NCBI GenBank assembly: GCA_001179505.1
Contig: CDMY01000283.1
Span: 1 to 64,000 of the forward strand
Direction of reading: 5' to 3'
From: Vitrella brassicaformis CCMP3155
Lineage: Eukaryota; Protista; Chromerida
DNA: 64,000 bases
Shown here: positions 55,426 through 64,000 of the stretch, in pieces
Numbering within the stretch: the stretch's first letter is position 1
Layout: each line of letters begins with the position of its first letter
Translations under genes and position numbers: made by a program
Notes under the pieces: model-generated
Database searches by the model: none
The model's input: the letters and a program-made list of their open reading frames with translations, nothing else
Told to the model about the DNA's origin: nothing

Positions 55426-55522
55426 GGCGGCCTCAGATCAAGTGTAGTATTATCTATATGCAGGCAGTCATCGCATTCATCGCTCCTTCAAGAGCGCAAA
55501 TATGGATGCATCACCGGCAGCC
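55426..55522 (-). ncRNA. Candidate box C/D snoRNA/scaRNA guiding 2'-O-methylation of U2 snRNA A30
   Basis: On the minus strand: stem arm GGCUGCC, 1-nt spacer, C-like box GUGAUGC (55514-55508), 14-nt perfect antisense AUACUACACUUGAU to U2 nt 26-39, D box CUGA (55436-55433), then stem arm GGCCGCC (6 of 7 bp pair). Confidence 0.6.
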
Positions 55523-58500
55523 TTCCTGCCTGCCGGCCGCGTGTGCCTGTCCTGCTCACCTTGCTCGACAGATGGATTCGTTGATTCACATGGTGGGTAT
55601 GGTGGGCGGCGGCACCTGCTGGTCGTCCATCTGCTGCTGCTCATCTCGTCGGGTGTGTCCGCCAGGATGTCCTCCTCGTCAAATCCTCCGTCGTCCTCCT
55701 CGTCGCTCTCGAGCACCGACGGCACAGCCGACCCATCCTTCATGTCAATGCACTCCACACCCCCTGCACACAACACACAAACGGGGCCATCTGATCCATC
55801 CATCCATCCATCCCTCCCTCCATTGTATATGCCCTTGTGTGTACCTTGGTTGTTGCTGCGGATGGTGTGCGTGGCGCCCTCCTGCTGCTTAGCCTGTGTG
55901 GCGACTCTCTGGAGCATCTTGAGCAGCAGCAGGCCCCGCTCCATCTCCCGCTGGCCGGCCTCGAGGGCCGCCCAGCCTGCGGCGAGACGGTCGGCGCTGT
56001 TGTAGCGGACAGCAGGGGGCGGGGCCGTCTCGTCCACATACACACGGAAACCTCTGCACGGACAAACAAGACAGAGAGAAAGAGTGTGTGTGGAGTGGTG
56101 GGGTGGGGTGGTATGGGGTGTGTGTCCGCATGCGTACACGTATGGCATGTCGGGTGTGCGCATGAGGTGTGGGTTTCTGTCCATGATCTTCTTGGCTACG
56201 GCGAGGATCTGCGGGTCGGTGGGCACGTCCATGGAGTCCATCAGCTCAGCCAACTCATCTGGAACGAGCAAAACCAAAAAATACAGAGAAAGGCATCCAT
56301 CCATCCATCCAGGATATAGATCTTGCCATTGTTCTGCGTCGTGTGCGCGTGCCTGGTGTGATGTCCTCATAATATTTGTCGCCGTATCTGTCCATGACGT
56401 CCTCCCACTTGGCCCTAAGCTCATCGCCCACGTGGATCAGGTACGTCGGATGCAGCTCAATCAACTGCATCAACATGCAGAGGCAACGGATCGACAGGGG
56501 CGCATGGGGTGCTATTGTGTGTGTGTGTGTGTGTGTTTGTGGTGCATGGGGTCGGACCTTGTGCTGTGCGACGCAGTCGAGTATCCACTTCGGTCTGATG
56601 ACCTCCTTGCCCTGACACTTCACAAACAGCCGGGTCTCGCTGCTCTCCCTGATCGACACACAGCCGAGCGACACCCTCATCGGATGAGCCTCTCTTGTCT
56701 GCACGTGTGTGGCTGGCTGACCTCGGTGCGATGACTCGTGTGGTGGTCAGTGGTTTGTAGTGCATGGGCACCAGCTTGTTGGCGCCGTTCTGCACCACGA
56801 GCCGGCTCAGCTCCTCGCGGGTCACCAAGTCATACCTCGCACCGCCCAGAAAGTGGAACTGGCACACACAGGAGATGGACGAGTGTCTGTCTGTCTGTAT
56901 TCTGCGTGTGGCTGCGTACCTCCTCTCCATCGAAAATGTTGGACACGACCACTTCCTGCGATGTGTCGACGAAGGCCTGGTGAGGGACGATTGGGAAGTT
57001 GCGCGGGCCCCCACCGTCCACCCGCGGCCCCTTGCGCTGCTTCTTGCCGACAGGCGCGTCCTCCTGTGCGCAAACCCACGAAGGCAAGGCATGACCGCAC
57101 TGCATGTGGCTATAGCGAATAGGTGCACGTGTACCTCGCCGGATGTGTTGTCGCCATCGGCTTCGTAGCCGCCGGCCCCTCGGTCGCCCCAGCGCTTGCG
57201 GTTGTTGCGGTGCGCAGGGTCGACTGAGATGAACTCCTGCACTCAACACACACACACACACACACACACACGTGCCCTCGATGCTGTCTTTCTCCTCCCC
57301 TGCTGCTGGTGGCCGACCGACCGACCTCGAGGTTCTCCCGTGTCCACGCCTCGTGCCACGCTTTGTCGGGGCGTATGAATTGTGCCGGTTGGTTGTCACT
57401 GAGGCGCATCTTGGGGCAGCGGGGATGGCGGAGGGTCTTGCCCATGGCGAAGTCGTCACTGTCGACGATCTCGGCACACGTGACGTCGATGACCCAGCCG
57501 TCAGAGGGAGGCCACACGAAATCAGGCCTGATCCGTCCACAGAGGGAAAATGGGAGAGCGAGATTGGTGTCTGCGGCTTGTGGTGTGGTGTGTGGTGGTG
57601 TGTGTGGTGTTGGGTGGTGGTGGTTAGTGACCTGCTATTGGCAGTCGGCTTCCAGTCGCCCATCCACGGCGCGTCCTCGAGTCCCTTGTACCTGCACACA
57701 CACACACACACACACACACAACGCCGCCCACACATTCACACCGATACACACACATGATGCATTTCCACTTCAGCACACCTCTTGGCGACCTTCCTGACGA
57801 TGTCGCGGGCCTTCTTGATCTCCTCGACCTTGAAGCCGGTGCCAACCTTGGCCAAGGTCACGACACGCTGCTCACTGCCCAGCACCGACTGGCCCTCTGG
57901 CGGCGTCTCGTGGACGGCACACAGGAAGTGCGTCATGTGGTCGATGGCGTGGGCAGAACTCTGATGGATAGATAGGTGCACACATAAATTGAATCATGGT
58001 CACTGCAGGGGGGGGNNNNNNNNNNNNNNNNNNNNNNNNNNNNNNNNNNNNNNNNNNNNNNNNNNNNNNNNNNNNNNNNNNNNNNNNNNNNNNNNNNNNN
58101 NNNNNNNNNNNNNNNNNNNNNNNNNNNNNNNNNNNNNNNNNNNNNNNNNNNNNNNNNNNNNNNNNNNNNNNNNNNNNNNNNNNNNNNNNNNNNNNNNNNN
58201 NNNNNNNNNNNNNNNNNNNNNNNNNNNNNNNNNNNNNNNNNNNNNNNNNNNNNNNNNNNNNNNNNNNNNNNNNNNNNNNNNNNNNNNNNNNNNNNNNNNN
58301 NNNNNNNNNNNNNNNGAGGGTGGCTGACCAGGTTTCTGCGGCCAGCTGAGTCGCCCAGGAAGCCGCCCACAACCACCAGGTCCTGCACACAAAATGTACA
58401 CGTGTGCGTGGCTTGCATGGTGCGTCTGGCGTGTGGCTGGCTACCATGGTGTCGCCCTGGTAGTCGGGCTTGAGTTTGAACCACGCCTTCTTGCCTCTGC

Positions 58501-59031
58501 ACACACACATACAGACAAAGGGAGCCGTACGCGTATGTGTGCTCACGTGTGTGGGTGGATGGATGGATGGATAGATGTAGTGTGTTACCGTTCGCCCGGG
58601 TAGTAGTGGCTGTTCATGTCCTGAAATATCATGCCCTCCTCCTCATTGTTGACCAACTCGTAGTACTCGCGCATCACGTCCTGACCAGAGAACACCTCCT
58701 AACCGCCACCAACACAAAGCACTCCATGAGCCGCCCACCCACCCACCCGTCGTCAGTCTCACGCACCCACCTTCTGTTTGGCGAGGTCGAATCTGTTGGG
58801 TGTGAATTCGAGGATGTTCTTCTTCTCGAGCAGCTCCCGCCGCTTCCACAGGGGGTGGCTGAGGAGGTCGTACACCGTACCCGCACTGTCCTTGATGAAC
58901 AGAACGTCAAACACCACGTAGTACAGCTGCAGACCGGGCTCGGTCCCCTTGGCCGTCGATATCCTCCACACACACACACACACACACACAAATGGAGCGA
59001 GAAGGCCCTTTCTCTTTGTGTTCTGGCCCTT

Positions 59032-59063
<32 letters not shown>

Positions 59064-61048
59064 GCGGCTGCATACACAAATGTGAATGGCGATCTTCTCT
59101 CCTGGTAGGTGTCGTATGCGCACATCTCGCCGTCGAGGATGACCTGCTGGCAGCGGCAGCTCTCCAGCAGCAGCTCGTCCATCTGTGAGAAGAGCTCCGA
59201 GTGCTCCTTGGACGGGGAGTTCCGACGCGAATGATTGAAGTACCACACCTGCAGCCATGCACCCCTCCATCACACACAGAGAGGCGTGTGTGTCAGTTTA
59301 TGTGTGTGTACCTTCCTCTCTGATTTGTCGATGTGAATCTGAAGGCGCCAGCCATCCAGCTTGGGCTCAGTCACGTACCGCGGCACCTCCGCCGCGTCGT
59401 CACTGCACCCACACGGACAGGCATTTCCCAGCGTGTGCACACCGCTTAGAAGGGCTCACTGACGTCTTGGTGAACAGCCTCTTGACGTCAGGGTGGGTCA
59501 GGCGCTGGCTCAGCATGCACGCGACAGGAGAACCGATCGCCATGCTACCCTGCACACATCACATCAACCACAGCCACAGACGTTTGTGTCACGAGATTTG
59601 TTATCGCTTGGATTTCATTGCATTTTGTCTTTGTGTCTGCTGCTGACCATGGCCATGGCCGTCGTCTCGTCCCGCAACGCATCCAACGTCTTCTGCACCC
59701 ACCACACCACCACGACACACACAAGGGACGTGCAAAGGTTTGCTAATCTGCGGATGGCACATGGCGCATCGTGTTGTGTTGTGTTGTGTTGTGTTGCGTT
59801 GCTCGCCTTGAGATTGCTGCATTTGTTGTAGATGTCGAATGCGTTAGCGCGGATCCGCTTCAGAATGGTCTCGTGCTTGACGCCACACTTGAGATCTGAC
59901 ACACAGAGAGAAATGGGAAGAGGCCATGGGTGCGAGGGCGAGTGGGTGGGAGTGAGACCTTTGAGTATGATGCGACTGATCCACTTCTGCTCCTGTGCAG
60001 TGGCCTCCCGCAGAATCATACGAAACACATGTTGCCTGAACAACGAAGCAAGCCAGCCAACCATCACACACATGGCCACAGCAGCACATTCCGAGCCGTC
60101 TTCCCTACTTGGTCATGAGCGGTGCCTGCTGCTGCTGCTGTGCTGGTGGTGCTGGTGCCGGCTCGTCAGCCAGAGGCGCATCCACCGCCATTGCCTCTTG
60201 TCTGTCCTTGGCTGCGGCCGCCTTGCTCTCCTCCCAGGCCTGCTGCAGCATGTCCAGCAGCTCGTTGAGCCGACCCACAGTCAGACGCTTTTTCGGCGGC
60301 GTCACGCGGTTGTGCAGGACGGAGTACAACACCTCACCGAAGTCACCCGCCATCTGTGTCGGTTGGGCGGCAAACAGCGGTGTGTATCATTGGCCCTGTC
60401 TGGTCTGTGGACGCGCCATTCCTTCACTGACCACGTGGTGTTCCTTCCGGTAGTCGAGATCCTTCCACTTGAGCAGACGATCCTTACCTACAACACACAG
60501 GAAGGAGCCACCAGCATCATCCATCCATCCATCCATCCATGTGTCTGACCGGCGGTCGGCAGTGCCAGGACGCCGTCCGATGCGTAGACCTTGGCCATGC
60601 CGGCCTCCAAGATGCCGTAGGCACGCCTCTCGGGGTCGATGCTGGGCAGCACAAGACGGAAGAACGGGTAGAGGTCGGCAGTGGGGTGGAACAGCTTGTA
60701 GTACTCCTGAACCACACTGATCAACCAACACACCACCCCACACACACCGAGAGGGAGCAAGCACACATGCGCCTCTGCGAGTGTGGGGTGTTCCATCCAT
60801 CCATCCATGCAGTCAGTCAGCCCATTGTCATGTGTGTGTACTCGAGTTTCGATTTGCCCGGCGGCGGGTTCTTGGTCCGCTCTGCCACACACACACACAC
60901 ACACACCACCCGAACAAGCGACGCCATGCATCTCGCTCGTGGCATTCATCACATCACGCGTACCGAAGAGTTTGACGACTTCGATGAATTCTCTGTCATT
61001 GCACGTCAGCCGCTTGCCGCCAGCGGAGCGCTGACCCATCGTAATCAT
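55477..61048 (-). CDS. LIG4: DNA ligase IV (NHEJ) with C-terminal BRCT region
   Basis: DBD segments LYPFFRLVLPSIDPERRAYGILEAGMAK, AGDFGEV and EQKWISRIILK. Motif I EPKLDGWRLQIH; ILDGEMCAYD; YVVFDVLF; EEEGMIFQD; WFKLKPDY; DLVVVGG; KVGTGF; TLRHPR. BRCT-like LVVQNGA...VIRPKWILDC. The exact 3' end is uncertain. Confidence 0.92.
58016..58315. other. Assembly gap (300 N)
   Basis: Run of N inside LIG4, between the DLVVVGG exon and the HFLCAV exon. Confidence 1.
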
Positions 61049-61118
61049 CTCACTCACACACACACAACCAAAAGAGCGATAGCGCGAAGCAAAACAGAGG
61101 GGCGGAGGTGAGCAATTG

Positions 61119-63214
61119 ATGGATCAATTCACGCCTTCCCTCATTCGTTCCAGTTTCATCGCCAAGCTCGCAGAAGCCGAAAATGTGCCCTCGTTGTCGA
61201 GTCAGCTGGATTCTGTCAGCAAGCGGATCCATGAGGCATCGCCCACTACTGACCGTGAGGCCCTCCTGCCTCTCCTGCAAGATCTCACGGAAATACTTCT
61301 CTTTGACACGGACACTGCAGCAGGGCAGCAAAAGGCCACCAGGCTAAGGAAGCTGCTGCCGCCTCTCGCCAAGGGCGCGAAGCTGCTGCATCCACCGCTC
61401 CTCGCGATCATTCAGGTACTTGGTTGCGTCGTGAGGGCATGTAGCCAATGTGAAGCGCATGCACCTCGTGTTTGTGTCTGTCCTGTCTGCAGAGTGCGAG
61501 GAGCCGTCGGTGCCGTCGTTGGGCGACCATCGCCTTCTCGAAGCTGCTCCAGGCGGGCTACCCCTTCTGCTTCAGATCTGCGCAGCCAGATGTGGTCAAG
61601 CAGCTGCTTGACAACATGGCGCTGCTCCTCCCCACGGATGCGTCAGCCCCTTCGGCTGTCGATGAGGCCATCTACATAATCCTCTGTGAGGCGACTACGC
61701 TGACAGTGGGTGGCGAGATTGCGCCGGTGATGGATATGATCCAGCAGAGGGCCTCGATGGACTACCGTGACATCATCGCCACCAAACACGAAGCCTTCCT
61801 GCGCCGCGCCGAGACCCTTCTGCGCTACGGACGGGAGGCGGGCAAAGCTGGCGTATTTATCAGCTGCTTCCACGTGCCATCGACGCCGGCCTCATGCCCC
61901 GTCGGCACGTGGATGCGGTTCCTGGGAGTGGCCATCGACCTCGTCATAGAGGGACCGGCTGAGGAGCACGGAGTCGTGGTGGATGGCGCGCGTAAGGTTG
62001 CGGAAATCAATGTTGACGTGGCAGTTGCCAACGGTGAGCGGAATGCTGTGGGCATCAATTAACGGCTGCATAGACGTGTGTGTGTGTGTGTGTGTGTGGT
62101 CATCAGGTCGCGATGCCGAGCTGTTTGCTGCGATTGAGGAGCATCTGGTGCCGCGTGTGGGCCGCCTCGTGGAGGTCATGACGACCAGCCAGGATGTCGA
62201 TACCAAGCGGGGGGCGATGAACATGATCGGCTGCATGTTCTCCCTTGCCCACCCATCGTATGAGAAGCACTACGCCAACTCGGCCATCCAAGCGCGTGTC
62301 GATGAAGGTACATGAGTCTGCGGGAAGCCGATGCATCCTCATGTGTGTGTGCTGCTGTGTGTGTGTGATTCAGTGCTGAGTGAGCCTGTTCGTGTGTTGC
62401 TGGCGCATCCATGCGCCCTCAAGACCATGGCCTCACTGCTCAAGACGGCCGGCGCTGCCGTGGACGTGGATGATGAGCAGGCCGTGACATTCAACATTAT
62501 CGACCCCATGTTTATCCCCGTACACCTGTCCGGTGGGCAAGTGAAGCCAGACCTACCCACACACACACGCACACACACTCATGAAGAGTCCATTGATGAG
62601 TGGACTTGTTTGTGCATGTGGGGATGGGTTTGTGTACAGAGCCGTCCTTCCACAAGCATGCCAAGGAGCACGTGCATGCAGCCATCGAGGCGGGCTTCGT
62701 GCCCGCCATTGTGAGTCTCATCCGCGACGACCGGCTGCTCAAGATGGAGAGACTCACGAAGCCTTTCCTGATGGGCTGCACCAACGGCCTGCTCAAAATG
62801 TCCCAGTGTGACGAAAAGGTGAGGAATTAGTAAAGCCCTCACTCGCCAAGACACATAGCTCGTTCGTCTGTGTGTCTGGATGGATGTGTGCAGGTAGCGC
62901 GCGACAAGACGGTCGCGTCGGTTTGCTGTGACCTGCTGGCCAAACATGCCCGCGGCGACATCGACATACTCATGACCAGTGACGACACCAAGGTCCTGCA
63001 GTCGCCCCTCAACAACATCATGTCCATCATCAGCGAGTTTGTCGCGTAAGCAACTCACACGCACACACACTCACACACACACGCCATGATGCGGCTCTTG
63101 TCTACCTCTGTTTATCCATCCGTGCAGCTATGGCGACCGTCAGGTGGAGCGAGGCAAGATCGCCACCAACGTCTTCCGCATCTACGTCTTCAAGGTAAGC
63201 GAGCCTGCAGAAAA

Positions 63215-63249
<35 letters not shown>

Positions 63250-63265
63250 GCCTTTCATGTGTCCA

Positions 63266-63298
<33 letters not shown>

Positions 63299-63582
63299 CT
63301 ATGTGTCTGTAAACTTGCCAGCTGCCGTCAGTGCAGGAGCTCAGGGCAATGCCACGCGACGGAAACAAACTGCCCGACAAGGTAATCTTACAAAGCCCGG
63401 AAGGCATGCACGTCTGTGTGTGCCTGCAGGTGTTTGAGCAGTTGGATTTGTTGTACAAGGAGCCCAGCAAGTACCGTGAGGAGCGAGACGCCATCCGCAC
63501 TGCAGACGCAATCACTGCGGCGTTCGCCACTGGCCAATTCGGGCCCCACCGTGGCGGGTCATTCTTCACTTGTCGGCCGTGA
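61119..63582 (+). CDS. ARM/HEAT-like repeat protein, paralog D (closest to B)
   Basis: MDQFTPSLIRSS...SLSSQLDSVSKRIHEASPTTDREALLPLL. Same exon structure as A-C. Long stretches, including introns, are near-identical to B. Confidence 0.78.
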
Positions 63583-64000
63583 CTAACTGACTGAGGCACA
63601 ATTAGCCACGTTGTGTCTTCGTGGCGTGTGACTGACGTGTTGCCGTCTGCATAGATATAGATAGATACACGTTTTTGCCGCTCTGTAAATATGTATGTCG
63701 GTCTGTGTAGGTGTTTGTTCTGTGTAGTGGGCAGATGTCCAGTCCAGTGTGTGTGTGTATATCCCGATTGACGTGAATGCGTTCATTCACACCATAACAA
63801 CACACGCACGTGACGATCTGTCTCCTGGCACATTCGTGCACTCTCACCCACTCACTTTCTGGTTCGTCAACACCTACCTGTCGCTCATCGGTCCATACAC
63901 AAATCGGCAAATCTCCTCTCACTAAGAAACAGCCCCCCTCACGCACGCAACACATCACATGCACACAAAAATCGTCCCAGCCTGTCTGTCTGTCTGCGAC

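Noticed and set aside
55433-55450. A U2 snRNA gene or pseudogene on the plus strand
   Set aside because: Only 16 nt match. The U2 5' end (AUCGCUUCUCGGCC), stem II and the Sm site are absent, and the flanks fit an antisense C/D guide better.
55490-55507. Second (D') guide in the candidate snoRNA targeting 18S GCGCAAAU
   Set aside because: Only 8 contiguous pairs, a weak D' box (UUGA), and the +5 register does not fall on the known methylated A of that region.
51520-58315. X-rich ORFs spanning the N runs
   Set aside because: They are artefacts of the two 300-N assembly gaps.

Overview
This is a eukaryotic, GC-rich, intron-dense 64-kb window. Short GT-AG introns filled with (TG)n/(CA)n, (GGAT)n and (CAGA)n microsatellites suggest a chromerid alveolate, most likely Vitrella brassicaformis (inference). 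I reconstructed about 20 spliced protein-coding genes by hand, so boundaries are approximate. In order: hypothetical protein; GT2 glycosyltransferase; multi-pass membrane RING E3; soluble inorganic pyrophosphatase with a plastid-like leader; FAD-dependent monooxygenase; OSCA/TMEM63-like channel; NAA20; bubblegum-type acyl-CoA synthetase; a protein with four exon-encoded repeats; RAD18; an ankyrin-like protein; histone H2A.X; a secreted orphan; a two-domain glycosyltransferase; a Ulp1/SENP-family protease with Ser at the catalytic Cys position; four paralogous ARM/HEAT-like genes; and DNA ligase IV. There are two 300-N assembly gaps. The best leads are: (1) a candidate box C/D guide RNA at the 3' end of LIG4, whose antisense element and D box point at U2 snRNA A30, a known 2'-O-methylation site; (2) a natural Cys-to-Ser SUMO pseudo-protease carrying a promoter segment shared with an unrelated ARM paralog; (3) an apparently undescribed 23-aa repeat encoded by four 70-nt exons; (4) a mosaic tandem ARM family that flanks LIG4; and (5) a recurrent TGCGAGCT upstream motif together with very short (56-190 bp) head-to-head gene spacing.
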